Source: Candidatus Latescibacterota bacterium
GTDB lineage: Bacteria > Latescibacterota > UBA2968 > UBA8231
Reading direction: 5' to 3'
DNA length: 64,000 nt
NCBI GenBank assembly: GCA_965248265.1
Contig: CBDFJF010000001.1
Location: 3,040,001-3,104,000, forward strand
The notes under the pieces are model-generated. The model was not told the DNA's origin and did not search any database. It saw only the letters and a list, made by a program, of their open reading frames with translations. The stretch's first letter is position 1, and each line of letters opens with the position of its first letter. Positions 39,291 through 49,003 of the stretch are shown here, piece after piece. A program made the position numbers and the translations under genes.

Positions 39291-42200
39291 GATGGTTGGA
39301 CCGCGATGCGTCGCCGCAGTCCCTGCCTCAACAACAGCAGTCCCAGGAGCAGGATCGGCCCGCCCGCCACGGCGATGAGGCGCCACCAGAGTTTGGCTGT
39401 TGCCGGCTGGTATTCGAAGCCGTGTGGTTGGCGATGGCGTGACTGCAGGAGGGCCATGTCGGGACCGTGAACGGTCAGCGCCAGGGCGTTGAGGAGAAAC
39501 TGGTCATGTTGAAACTCATCAGCGAACAGGTATTCGTTCTTGAACATTTCAGAAGAGCCGATGAGCAGGAGCGTCCCCGTCTCCGCGCCCGGTGATTGGG
39601 TAACTGCGAGCTGGGCACGGCCCTCATCATCCTCGATGAACTCAACCTGCGGAAAACGGCCCTCTAATTGTACAGCGAGCGTCTGCGGACCGGGCAGGAG
39701 CCCGACCGGGTCGAAAGCGGCCTCCGGCAGCCAGCCGCCCTGCCATCCGTAGGACCAGCTCTGGTCCGAGGTCGTTATCAAGGGATGGTACGACATGCCA
39801 TGCTTTCTCAACTCCCCCTCATGCCGGTCGAAGCGATTACCCCATATGAACAGCAGGTCTCCCAGGTTGCGGGTGACGGGAGATGAGTGCGAGTAGAAGG
39901 GGTTGACCGCGCGAATAAGAAAAGGCAGCGCCACTTCCTGTGCGTCGTACTCGCGTACCGCGGTACGATTGACCTGGGTGTCAAGTCTCAGATGATGACG
40001 GGTGCGATCCATCAGCACCTCTCTGACCTGCTCAACGCCGATGAGGCGCAGGTAGCGGTCGAAGTCTTGAAACTGGGGTTGCGGCCAATAGACGGTCTGG
40101 AAGCCGATGCCTCGATACTGACGCTGCTGGATGTTGAAGTGCTGCATGGCGACGATGGCGCGGCCGCCACGAGCCAGGTGGTCGCTCAGCTGGAGAATGA
40201 TGGGACCCGAGTCGCGACGCGGCTGCAACCACAGCACGACGTCGGCATCATCCGGCAATATGGGGTCACGCGGGTTGATGTGGTCGACGTGGTAGCCATT
40301 GTCGCCCAGTAGTGACTTGAGACGGCTGTACACGTCGGCGCCTCTCGGTGCCGAGAGCCCTTTCTTCTGATAATCCTCGAGCGCCTCGGCAGGAGAAAGG
40401 CGCGGCAGGTCCGAAACGACGGCAACTCGATTCCCATCCGTGGTTGAGAGTCGTCCGACAGCCGCTGTAAGCAGGAAGTCGAAGTGCTCGATCGTGCGCT
40501 CGTCCAGCCGTCGGATCACGGCAGCGCGGTGATTGCGCCGCAGGCGCAGCCCACTCCAAATCTGCGACGAGATTACCGTGTCCCGGAGGACGCGTTCTAT
40601 CTCGAAAGGCAGCACTCCAGAGTCGATGAGCTGTTGACGCAGCGAAGCCGGCTGTTCCTCCGGGTGAACCGTCCTTACTTCCACGTCGAGGGTGGCCAGC
40701 ATCGATCGCACCCGGCGCTCCACGGTTCGCAATGTTGGTGGCAGATGTGAGCGAGGGGACAGTACGAACTCGACCTCGAGGCCGTTCCCTTCTCGCTCAA
40801 GCAGCTGCTTAAGGCTGGGTGCGGGCGTGTTGAGCTGGTCCTGGGTCAGGTCCAGTCCAACGTGATCCCAGCGCGACAACAGGCCCGTGGCCAATATGAC
40901 TACCAGGGTCAAACCCATGCCACCATACTTCAACGCGCTCTGCCATTGGATCCGAAACAACAGCAGACCGCGCCGGTTTCCCGCTCGTCTATAGCGCCAT
41001 GCACCCACCATCAAAAACAGACACGGAATGGCGAAGACGGCGAACCCGCGCCAGAACACTCGTTCGCCCAGGCTTGTCGGCTGTAAGAGGTCCGGCGAGC
41101 GCGTTGCCGTGTGTAAGCGTACCAGGCGGTCAGCGGAGGCAAAGCTGCGCACCAGATCGTTGACGAATACGGTATGGCCGTACCCCGATTGGGTTATGAT
41201 TCCGTCTCGAAAGGGTGCAGCAGAGGCCAGCACCAGGAGCTGTCCTGACCAGGCATCACGGGGTGATAGCAGGACCATCAGGTTTTGTTTGGGTACCGCG
41301 ATTGAGGTTGCCAGATCCGCATCCGTGAAAGGTCCCGTCGGCAACACTCGGACTCGGGCGTGCTCCGTCGTCGTCGCCACGATGTCAGCCTGGTAACCGG
41401 CCTGGGCAACGCGTAGAGGGTCGATCTGCAAGGGACTGGCCGCGACAAAGGACAGACCTCCGCGCGCCGGTGTGCTCAGACGGCGGAAATCGCGGAAAGC
41501 GGGCAGGTTGCGCAGATGGAAAGGAGTCTCCAAAGAGCGCGGCGCTCCGTCCGACATCATCACGGTTGCAGGACCGGCATTGCGATCCATGAGCAGGTCG
41601 GGAACCGGTTTGAGACCAAAGGGGCGCAGCAGTTGTTCCCATGCCGCGGATCGCCTGTGGATGAGGTAGGACACGGCCTGCGGCGCATCCGAACCGGAAG
41701 CGATGTACTCGACATCGTAGGCGCTGCCGGCCACAACCACCGTGCGGCCGCTGTCCAGGAAGCGCCTGATGTTTCTGATGTGACTCTCGGAAACACCCTC
41801 GGGTTCGATCCAGAACAGGACATCGGCATCAGCGGGAAGATGGGGGGGACTGCGGCTGAGATCGATGCTGACGACGGGTCCATGTTGGCTCAGATAGCGC
41901 GGAAATTCATCGAACCCTGCCGGAGCAGACAGGACAAAGGTCGGTTGCAGCGGTTGGCCAACATGAACCAGTCGGGTGCGGATCCAGTCCTCGAGTCTCG
42001 GCAAGTCCCGCGCCTGGATGTCTTGAATGAAGACATCCGGATGACCCTCATAGCTGATGGCCAGCGAGGACCAGATCCTGGTCTCGCTGTGCTCATCACG
42101 CGTGACGCCGCGTACGCTGACCGGGGATATTTTCTTGCTGGCTGCGTAGCCGACCCCGTTTCCCCCACCACTGACCTGGGGGTCGATGATGCGAAAACTG

Positions 42201-42520
42201 ACACGCTCAGGTGCCTCGTCCCGCAGTGCCTCCAGCAATTGCTGGACGTGATCTTCGACCCCCTTGAGATGCGAGGGCATCGACTCTCGGGATGAGACGA
42301 AAAAGGTGAAATGAAGCCGACTCGGTGCAGAGTGCTCGATGAAGTCGCGGGTTTGCGGTGACAGGCTCGCGGGAGCCATGTCTGCGACATCGACGAACAC
42401 TCCACCATCGCTTAACTGGGCCACGCGGGTGAGGTAGACGACACTGACCAACAGCAGGCCGAAGGCGATCACGCTCTGGCAGAGAAATCGATTTCTATGC
42501 GAGCGAAGGGGGTCGTTCAT
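39287..42520 (-). CDS. GldG-family ABC auxiliary protein with a tandemly duplicated unit
   Basis: Two similar units (TRIWSSL/SQIWSGL, DADVLFW/DADVVLW, DLLMDR/EVLMDR, ATTTEHA/ITTSDQS) separated by two TM helices. Confidence 0.75.
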   Translation of the reverse strand: MNDPLRSHRNRFLCQSVIAFGLLLVSVVYLTRVAQLSDGGVFVDVADMAPASLSPQTRDFIEHSAPSRLHFTFFVSSRESMPSHLKGVEDHVQQLLEALRDEAPERVSFRIIDPQVSGGGNGVGYAASKKISPVSVRGVTRDEHSETRIWSSLAISYEGHPDVFIQDIQARDLPRLEDWIRTRLVHVGQPLQPTFVLSAPAGFDEFPRYLSQHGPVVSIDLSRSPPHLPADADVLFWIEPEGVSESHIRNIRRFLDSGRTVVVAGSAYDVEYIASGSDAPQAVSYLIHRRSAAWEQLLRPFGLKPVPDLLMDRNAGPATVMMSDGAPRSLETPFHLRNLPAFRDFRRLSTPARGGLSFVAASPLQIDPLRVAQAGYQADIVATTTEHARVRVLPTGPFTDADLATSIAVPKQNLMVLLSPRDAWSGQLLVLASAAPFRDGIITQSGYGHTVFVNDLVRSFASADRLVRLHTATRSPDLLQPTSLGERVFWRGFAVFAIPCLFLMVGAWRYRRAGNRRGLLLFRIQWQSALKYGGMGLTLVVILATGLLSRWDHVGLDLTQDQLNTPAPSLKQLLEREGNGLEVEFVLSPRSHLPPTLRTVERRVRSMLATLDVEVRTVHPEEQPASLRQQLIDSGVLPFEIERVLRDTVISSQIWSGLRLRRNHRAAVIRRLDERTIEHFDFLLTAAVGRLSTTDGNRVAVVSDLPRLSPAEALEDYQKKGLSAPRGADVYSRLKSLLGDNGYHVDHINPRDPILPDDADVVLWLQPRRDSGPIILQLSDHLARGGRAIVAMQHFNIQQRQYRGIGFQTVYWPQPQFQDFDRYLRLIGVEQVREVLMDRTRHHLRLDTQVNRTAVREYDAQEVALPFLIRAVNPFYSHSSPVTRNLGDLLFIWGNRFDRHEGELRKHGMSYHPLITTSDQSWSYGWQGGWLPEAAFDPVGLLPGPQTLAVQLEGRFPQVEFIEDDEGRAQLAVTQSPGAETGTLLLIGSSEMFKNEYLFADEFQHDQFLLNALALTVHGPDMALLQSRHRQPHGFEYQPATAKLWWRLIAVAGGPILLLGLLLLRQGLRRRIAVQPS

Positions 42521-42525
42521 CGTAG

Positions 42526-43284
42526 CTAGTACTTGGCCCGCCGCAGTGTGATCTCGTTCATCCAAAGAAAAAAGGCACACATCAGGATGAAGTAGAGCAG
42601 GGCGGTCAGACCGATAACCCCGGCCACGAACGACTGGTAGTGTGGCAAAACAGAGAGCGACTCATACAACCAGGAACCCAGCTGCCAGGAGGGAGCCAGA
42701 CCGTCTACGACCTCCACGACCTTGTCGTAGCCGCTGAGGACGAACAGGGCGCCCGTGAGGGTTGTCAGCACGAAGGCGACGATCTGGTTGTGCGTCAGGC
42801 CGGACAAAAAGAGGCCGAATGCCAGGAACAGCAGACCCAGGAAGACCGCACCGATGTAGCCGGACAGGATCAGCCCAAGATCTGGTTCACCCAGCCACAC
42901 CAACATGACCACGATGGGTAGGGACCCGCACAGTACGAGCAAGTAAAACAGCGCTGCCGCCGCGTACTTGCCGATGACGATTTGCAGCGAGTTTAGAGGC
43001 AGTGTCATCAACAACTCGAAGGTGTTCTGGGCATGCTCCTCGGCCCAGGCACGCATGGTGATGGCCGGGGCAAACGGAATCAACAAGTAGGGCAAGGCGT
43101 CGAAGTACGCCGTCATGTCGACGACCCCGTCCAAGAAGAAGGAGTTCATGAATCCGGCGCAGGATAGAACCAGAAAGACGGTTGTGTAGATGTAGGCGAT
43201 GGGAGAATCGAAGTAAGCGCGCGTCTCCCGCATCATGATGACGCGACAGCCGGAGACGAAGCCAGGATCCAGACGCTCAACCAC
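42526..43284 (-). CDS. ABC-2 type permease (GldF-like)
   Basis: RETRAYFDSPIAY, PAITMRAWAEE, ELLMTLP, GKY and NQIVAF. Confidence 0.88.
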   Translation of the reverse strand: MVERLDPGFVSGCRVIMMRETRAYFDSPIAYIYTTVFLVLSCAGFMNSFFLDGVVDMTAYFDALPYLLIPFAPAITMRAWAEEHAQNTFELLMTLPLNSLQIVIGKYAAAALFYLLVLCGSLPIVVMLVWLGEPDLGLILSGYIGAVFLGLLFLAFGLFLSGLTHNQIVAFVLTTLTGALFVLSGYDKVVEVVDGLAPSWQLGSWLYESLSVLPHYQSFVAGVIGLTALLYFILMCAFFLWMNEITLRRAKY

Positions 43285-44020
43285 GGCTTGGCCCCACAGC
43301 GGAAGATTGCACAAGGTGAGCAAAGATATCCTCCAGTGATGCGCCCGGACGCTCGATCTGGTCACCCAACTGAGCGATCGTGCCCTGAGCAAGCAGTTGA
43401 CCCTGGTGGATGATTAACACGCGATCGGATATGGCTTCGACGTCGGCGACGATGTGGGTGCTGAACAGAATTGCTCTTCCCGGCTTGAGTTCTCGCAAGG
43501 TGTCGCGGAAGGCGATCACCTGCATTGGGTCAAAGCCATGGGTCGGTTCGTCGAGCAGGAGAATGGAGGGATCGTGAATGAGTGCCGTGGCCAGGCCAAC
43601 CCGCTGGCGAAATCCGGTCGAACACTCCCCTACTCGCTGACGGAGGACAGCTTCAACGCCACACAGGTTGATAACGCGCCGGAACCCTTGCTCCAGATTG
43701 TCATCACGCAGACCGCGTGCCTCGCCTATGAATCGAAGAAACTCGTCTACGCGCATGTGCTGGTACAATGGAGTGTCGCCGGACAGATAACCCAGGCGCC
43801 GGCGCACCTCGAGGGCGTGCTCGCGCACATCCAGTCCATCTACGGTGATGCGGCCGGTGGTAGGATAGATGTAGGTAGAGAGCATCTTCAATACCGTGCT
43901 CTTGCCGGCACCGTTGGGCCCGACGAAGCCGACGATTTCGTTCTGTCCGACCTCGAAACTGACACGGTCCACCGCTGTGAGCTGACCGTATCGCCTGGTA
44001 ACGTCGTCGAGAACGATCAT
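43277..44020 (-). CDS. ABC transporter ATP-binding protein (GldA-like)
   Basis: GPNGAGKST, CSTGFRQR, LLLDEPT and FSTH. Confidence 0.93.
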   Translation of the reverse strand: MIVLDDVTRRYGQLTAVDRVSFEVGQNEIVGFVGPNGAGKSTVLKMLSTYIYPTTGRITVDGLDVREHALEVRRRLGYLSGDTPLYQHMRVDEFLRFIGEARGLRDDNLEQGFRRVINLCGVEAVLRQRVGECSTGFRQRVGLATALIHDPSILLLDEPTHGFDPMQVIAFRDTLRELKPGRAILFSTHIVADVEAISDRVLIIHQGQLLAQGTIAQLGDQIERPGASLEDIFAHLVQSSAVGPSRG

Positions 44021-44094
44021 TGTGCAGTGTTGAGTGGAGACATAAGCATCAATTAAGCAAATACGTGAGGTAGTTCAACACGGGTCCCGGACGG

Positions 44095-45822
44095 TCAATG
44101 GGGCACCTGCTCGACCTGCAGAGTACGCAGCCGGTTGATGGCCGCCGCCAATTCGTGCGCTCTGAAAGCCGCGCGATCCCCCAGCGGCGATTCTTCGAGC
44201 GCATCCAGTCCTGCTGAGTCGATATCCGCCAGCACCCGATCCAGGATCTGCCGCACGGTGGCTGATTCATCCATGTAGCGGTTGCGCGCATACACCATTG
44301 CCGCGGCGAGAGCCCGGGTCTGGCTCGAGTCGACGAGTTGCTCGACGGCTGACAAGTCGATGGTCTGGGTGCCAAACTGTATCGTTCGACGACCACGGGC
44401 CACGACTTCGACCTCACGCCGGCCCCTGCGCGGATCAATGCTCTGGCGAATCGGAGTACGCTCACACGTTGAACCCAAGGGGCCGCTATGCTCGATCACA
44501 CGGGGGTAGGCAGAGGCGGCGGCTATTGCGAGCGCCGGCTCGGTCAGATCGCGCGCGGTGTACTGCTCCATGCCGATGACGGTGTCGGCGACGGCGAAAT
44601 AGTCGCCGCTGCCTCCCATGACGAGGATGGTGGAAACGTCACGCTCCTGGTACAACTGCCGGACCCTGTCGACGAAGGGGACGATCGGCTCCTGTTCCGC
44701 GGACACCAGCTGCTGCATGCGCGCGTCGCGAATCATGAAGTTGGTCGCAGATGTGTCTTCGTCAAGCAGCAGCAGCCGACAATCGCATTCCAGGGCTTCG
44801 GAGATGTTGGCCGCCTGCGAGGTCGAGCCCGAAGCATCCTGCGTCGTAAAGCAGTCCGTGCTTCCACCGAACGGCAGGTCTCGGACGAAAGCGGAGATAT
44901 CGACTCCGGCAACCGCCCTGCCGTCTTCGGCCCGAATCTTGACGGCACTAGGGTCTGTAACGACGCGTTCACGTCCGTCTCCGGGAACATGATCGTACAC
45001 GCCGCGCTCGATGGCCCTCAGCAGCGTCGACTTGCCATGAAAGCCGCCGCCGACCATCAGGGTAACTCCGGACGGGATACCCAAGCCGCGGACAAGACCT
45101 GCGTGTGGAAGCTCGAACTCCGCGCGAAGGCTTGTTGGGGATTGAAAGGGCACGACCGGGCCGCCACCATCGGTCAGCGGGCAGTCGTCGATGCCGCTGC
45201 GCCGGGGCAGGATACTACCATCACCCACGAAAGCGACGAGCCCCGAGCCGGCCAGCTGTTGACGCAGGCTTTCGGCATCCTCACCGGTCTGGATGTAGCG
45301 CTCAATCAGGTCGGCATCGTTGGACCGATAGCGCAGACTGGTGCGTACAATGTCCGGGACACGGTCGCACAACAGTTGTGCAGCCGCCGTCCCCAGGATC
45401 CGACGGCCAGCAGCCGGCAGTCCGACGGTGAAGCGGGCTTCGACCAGGCCGGCGTCGATCTGGATGCAGGTCCGTTCGAGGATCTGCTGACCGGGCATGT
45501 CAATTTCGATCTGGCCGCTTTTTCCCGAACCAGTCCGTTCCAGCTGAGCACCGGCGGCGGCGCGACCGAATTCCCCAGCAAGGTAGGTAGCCAAAGCCCG
45601 ACGGCGACTTGGCCGGTCGTAGGTGCTGGCTGGATAGGCACCGGTACCAGGATCAACGCGAACTCTCAACCGGCTGGGCGCTGCGAAGGGATCACCCTGT
45701 ACGTGATCGACAATCAGACTGAAGTCACCGAATGAGTAGGAGCCCTTTATGTCTTTGTAGGCTTTGTAACCGCGGCCGTCGAGTCGGTGAAGAGTCTTTC
45801 GTAGATCTTCCGCCTGCTCCAC
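44095..45822 (-). CDS. ABC-class ATPase domain-containing protein (PF09818-type)
   Basis: GYKAYKDIKG, HVQGDPFAAPS, GGGFHGKSTLL, ASGSTSQAAN and DEDTSATNFMIRD; start trimmed to GTG 45822. Confidence 0.9.
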   Translation of the reverse strand: MEQAEDLRKTLHRLDGRGYKAYKDIKGSYSFGDFSLIVDHVQGDPFAAPSRLRVRVDPGTGAYPASTYDRPSRRRALATYLAGEFGRAAAGAQLERTGSGKSGQIEIDMPGQQILERTCIQIDAGLVEARFTVGLPAAGRRILGTAAAQLLCDRVPDIVRTSLRYRSNDADLIERYIQTGEDAESLRQQLAGSGLVAFVGDGSILPRRSGIDDCPLTDGGGPVVPFQSPTSLRAEFELPHAGLVRGLGIPSGVTLMVGGGFHGKSTLLRAIERGVYDHVPGDGRERVVTDPSAVKIRAEDGRAVAGVDISAFVRDLPFGGSTDCFTTQDASGSTSQAANISEALECDCRLLLLDEDTSATNFMIRDARMQQLVSAEQEPIVPFVDRVRQLYQERDVSTILVMGGSGDYFAVADTVIGMEQYTARDLTEPALAIAAASAYPRVIEHSGPLGSTCERTPIRQSIDPRRGRREVEVVARGRRTIQFGTQTIDLSAVEQLVDSSQTRALAAAMVYARNRYMDESATVRQILDRVLADIDSAGLDALEESPLGDRAAFRAHELAAAINRLRTLQVEQVPH

Positions 45823-45874
45823 TAGGGAAATCTCGAGGTATTGGGTAAATAGAAGGAGTTGTATAATTAGGAAT

Positions 45875-47350
45875 ATGAACACGACCGGAGCAATCGACCT
45901 CACCGCATCATCGCTACCTGGCCCGAACCCCGAACTGCTGGAAGCCCAGGCTCGCGTCTGCACCGGTCCGCACCAGGCGCGTCCGTTGGGTGTGCGCGAG
46001 GGCGACCCGCAACCGGAACACATCATCGCACTCATACTCCAGTCATCTCGGGGTGAACTGCCCTGGGATGAGCGGGTCTCGACTGCGCAGATGGGTGCCT
46101 TTTTCGCGGCAATGACCATCCGGCGCGGATTCGCGGCCGCAACCAATTGGAGTGCCGCCGAGCAGGCAGCCTTCGAGGCGAACGCAGAAGCGTTGCGGCG
46201 AGAACTCCCCAGCGACCTGCTGTTCCTGATGGAGCCGGATCGGGGATGTGAGGCAGTTGCCGTGGAGGAGGAGGCCGTAATTGATGGCCTCTCTCGGATC
46301 CTACGAGGAGAGCATCTGTCGCACGCTGCCACGCGCGCCGCCTGCGCTGCCATCCTCGACCAGGGAGTGCGCCCCTCCCTTGCAGCAGCTCTATTGATCG
46401 GGCAGCGGATGAACCTGGAGACCTACGACGAACTGCGCGGCCATCTCGATGCCATGCGCCCAGCCGATGCTGCCGTGCCCCTGTCGGTGCCGGTGTTGAC
46501 ACACTTCGGCCAACCCTACGATGGCAGCCGCCGCTACCTCCATGCGGGTGTATTTGCAGCAGCCGTGCGCGCGGCTGGGGGACACCCCTCGGTCCTGCAC
46601 GGAGTCGAGGAGCTGGCTCCCAAACGCGGCATTACCCAGGAACAGATTCTCAATGCGCTCGGAGCTCGTACCGATCTGACGTTGCAGCGCGCGGGGCAGC
46701 TCATCGAGGATGAGGGCATCGGCTTCGCCTACGTCAGTCAGCGGGAGTATGCTCCGGCCGCTTACCGGCTGCGTGAGTTGCGCGCTCACATCGCCAAACG
46801 CCCCACCTGGGCGACGGTGGAAAAGGCGCTGCAGCTGTTCAGCGCCACTCAGGCCGATCATATGATCGTCGGCTATTACCACGCCGGCTACGAACAACGG
46901 CTACTCAGACTCATGTGGGAGCGCGGTTTTCAATCCGGCATCGTCGTCAAGGGCGAGGAGGGCAGCTGCAACTATTCGCTGCGCGCGGGCAAGCCCTCAA
47001 CCGATGACCGCAAGGCGATCAACTACACGCAAGGTTTCCGGCGCGACGCCGGCGGGCGGATCGATTTCGCCGTCGATGTAGATCCAGCAGCATTAGGCTT
47101 GGAGTACGAGCAGAATCCAAGACCCGACGAGGTCACGGCAACCGCATGGGCGCAAGCCGGGGTACGCGCGATCTCGGGAGAACGTGGGCCGACTTTTGAT
47201 GGCATAGTCCTCAACGCGGCCATGCCGCTGGTGTGGACGGGCGTCTTCGCTGACGCGGAGCCGGGTATCGCCTGGGCGCAGGACATCATCGCTGCCGGTG
47301 CTGCATTACAGCATCTGAAGGGATACATCAGCGCGAGCAAGTCCGGCTAG
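45875..47350 (+). CDS. Anthranilate phosphoribosyltransferase-like protein (TrpD2/YbiB-related)
   Basis: AQMGAFF, PYDGSRR, SVLHG...PKRG, LRELR..I.KRP..ATVEK and KGEEGS. Confidence 0.75.
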   Translation: MNTTGAIDLTASSLPGPNPELLEAQARVCTGPHQARPLGVREGDPQPEHIIALILQSSRGELPWDERVSTAQMGAFFAAMTIRRGFAAATNWSAAEQAAFEANAEALRRELPSDLLFLMEPDRGCEAVAVEEEAVIDGLSRILRGEHLSHAATRAACAAILDQGVRPSLAAALLIGQRMNLETYDELRGHLDAMRPADAAVPLSVPVLTHFGQPYDGSRRYLHAGVFAAAVRAAGGHPSVLHGVEELAPKRGITQEQILNALGARTDLTLQRAGQLIEDEGIGFAYVSQREYAPAAYRLRELRAHIAKRPTWATVEKALQLFSATQADHMIVGYYHAGYEQRLLRLMWERGFQSGIVVKGEEGSCNYSLRAGKPSTDDRKAINYTQGFRRDAGGRIDFAVDVDPAALGLEYEQNPRPDEVTATAWAQAGVRAISGERGPTFDGIVLNAAMPLVWTGVFADAEPGIAWAQDIIAAGAALQHLKGYISASKSG

Positions 47351-47373
47351 ATTTGGGCCACAACCAGTCACAC

Positions 47374-48042
47374 TCAGGTGGACCAGATGCCGATGTCCAC
47401 CCGTTGCTCGTCGAGGTAGGTGCGGATAGCGGTGAACGATTTGCGGAAGACATCTAGAATGGGCGCAGGGTAGGAGGCGAAGGCTTGTGGTGTGATGGCC
47501 ATTTCGACGTGGCGCCCGGGATCCTGACCGAATCTTGCTCTGCCCAGCACGGTCGTTGATCCGGGGTCGGGTCCCAACAGACCGCCGACATCATCCAAGG
47601 ACACCAAAACAAAGCCGCTGACCTCCGGGTTGAAATCGAGCTGCATGATGTCAACCGGGTTGTGGTACAGGTAGAAGTGCTGCACCACACGCTGGCAGGA
47701 GCCCTGCGGATTGACGAGCGGTCCGCACCCGAGATAAATCAGAGCATCCGGTTTACACTGTAACCCGGCTTCTTCTTCGAGTTCGCGGGCGGCAGCGAGC
47801 CGATGACCCTCAGCGGCCTGCACATGGCCGCCGGCCAGTGCATCGAGGCTGTCGATGAACGGATCCCCCGGCCGCGCCCGTTGTTGCAGCAGCAACAGAG
47901 GGCACCCATCGCCGTCGAGCCAGGCACACCACACGAATACCAGCCAGTGCCAGTCGCCATCCGAGTGAACCTGTTGCCGTGATTTAGTACCAAGCTGGTG
48001 TCCCGCTTCGTCGAAGTAAGCCAGCTGTTCGTGGTCGCTCAT
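47374..48042 (-). CDS. NUDIX hydrolase (Idi-like)
   Basis: GGHVQAAE...AAARELEEEAGL Nudix box; LLQQRA. Confidence 0.85.
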   Translation of the reverse strand: MSDHEQLAYFDEAGHQLGTKSRQQVHSDGDWHWLVFVWCAWLDGDGCPLLLLQQRARPGDPFIDSLDALAGGHVQAAEGHRLAAARELEEEAGLQCKPDALIYLGCGPLVNPQGSCQRVVQHFYLYHNPVDIMQLDFNPEVSGFVLVSLDDVGGLLGPDPGSTTVLGRARFGQDPGRHVEMAITPQAFASYPAPILDVFRKSFTAIRTYLDEQRVDIGIWST

Positions 48043-48062
48043 TTTTGTCAGCGATCCAGCAC

Positions 48063-48887
48063 TCACACTAGTGCCGCACTCACGAACTGCAAGAGGAAGG
48101 CAGCGACGGTAAGCACAACGCAAGCGCCTGCTGCGATGTAGGTCCCAAGACCTTCGCGACTGCCCGGATTCCTGCTGAACAGGTAGGAAACTGCGTAGCC
48201 GCCGATGAAGCCACCAGCATGGGCCCAATTATCGACGCCGCTCATGATGAAACCGAACACGAACAGCAACACCGCCCATTGCAGGAATTGTCGCGTGAAC
48301 AGCGTACTGCCTGTCCTGCGGCCATAGACGATGGCGGCTGCCAGCAGGCCGAAGATGGAGCCGGACGCACCGAGGCTGCTGCGCGGAAAGCCGACCGAGC
48401 CCGGGGCGATCAGTGTCGAAAACAGAAAACCGACGACACCGGCCACGGTAAAGATGACGAACAGCCTGAAAGGGCCGTAGAGTTCCTCGACCAGTGGACC
48501 CAGTTGGCGTACCCACATCATGTTGAAGAAGATGTGAAGGAGTCCGCCATGAAGGTATATGGCCGTGATCAAGGTCCACCACCGGCCCTCGACGAAAGCA
48601 AAGTAGTAGCCCGTCATGCCCATCAAGTAACTCGACTTTATGCTCGGTGCCAGCAGGCTCATCAATCCATTGACCTGGAAGACGGCGCTGATATCGAGGA
48701 GCAAGCTGATGGCGAAGAGGCCGACGCACAGGAGGGTGATCATGTGCGGGAAGTCGATCCGCAGCCCAAGGCGGCGGAAGAGGGTGGTCAAGCCCCACAG
48801 TCCGGGCCGCGCCTGGCCGCAAAAAGGACAGCGCGGTTCGTCACTGCTGATGAGCTTGCGACAACTGGGGCACAGAATGGCCGCCAC
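48063..48887 (-). CDS. Rhomboid intramembrane serine protease with N-terminal zinc ribbon
   Basis: CPSC...CPFC; LHGGLLHIFFN, GASG and NWAHAGG. Confidence 0.92.
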   Translation of the reverse strand: MAAILCPSCRKLISSDEPRCPFCGQARPGLWGLTTLFRRLGLRIDFPHMITLLCVGLFAISLLLDISAVFQVNGLMSLLAPSIKSSYLMGMTGYYFAFVEGRWWTLITAIYLHGGLLHIFFNMMWVRQLGPLVEELYGPFRLFVIFTVAGVVGFLFSTLIAPGSVGFPRSSLGASGSIFGLLAAAIVYGRRTGSTLFTRQFLQWAVLLFVFGFIMSGVDNWAHAGGFIGGYAVSYLFSRNPGSREGLGTYIAAGACVVLTVAAFLLQFVSAALV

Positions 48888-48925
48888 GCGTCAACTCCTG
48901 AAAGCTGAATGATGAAGAGCCGTGT

Positions 48926-49001
48926 CTGTCAATATAGACCGAGCGACTGCTGACCTCCACGAGACCTCTGGCGTCAGCCGTCGCGGTCCCTATACTGACA
49001 G
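48926..49001. repeat. 76-nt imperfect inverted repeat between divergent genes
   Basis: Nested arms CTGTCA/TGACAG, TATAG/CTATA, GACC/GGTC, GCGAC/GTCGC, GCTGAC/GTCAGC and CCA/TGG. Confidence 0.8.
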
Positions 49002-49003
49002 CC

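Noticed and set aside
38247-44020. Evidence for gliding motility
   Set aside because: GldAFG-like ABC modules are common in non-gliding bacteria; no gldKLMN or sprB is present here
45823-46353. Long N-terminal extension of the ABC-class ATPase in the ORF track
   Set aside because: It overlaps the divergent TrpD-like gene; family motifs begin only after GTG 45822
48888-49003. SAM or cobalamin riboswitch upstream of the MetE-like operon
   Set aside because: No SAM-I or B12-box consensus; the hairpin contains the apparent -10 box, so most of it would not be in the transcript
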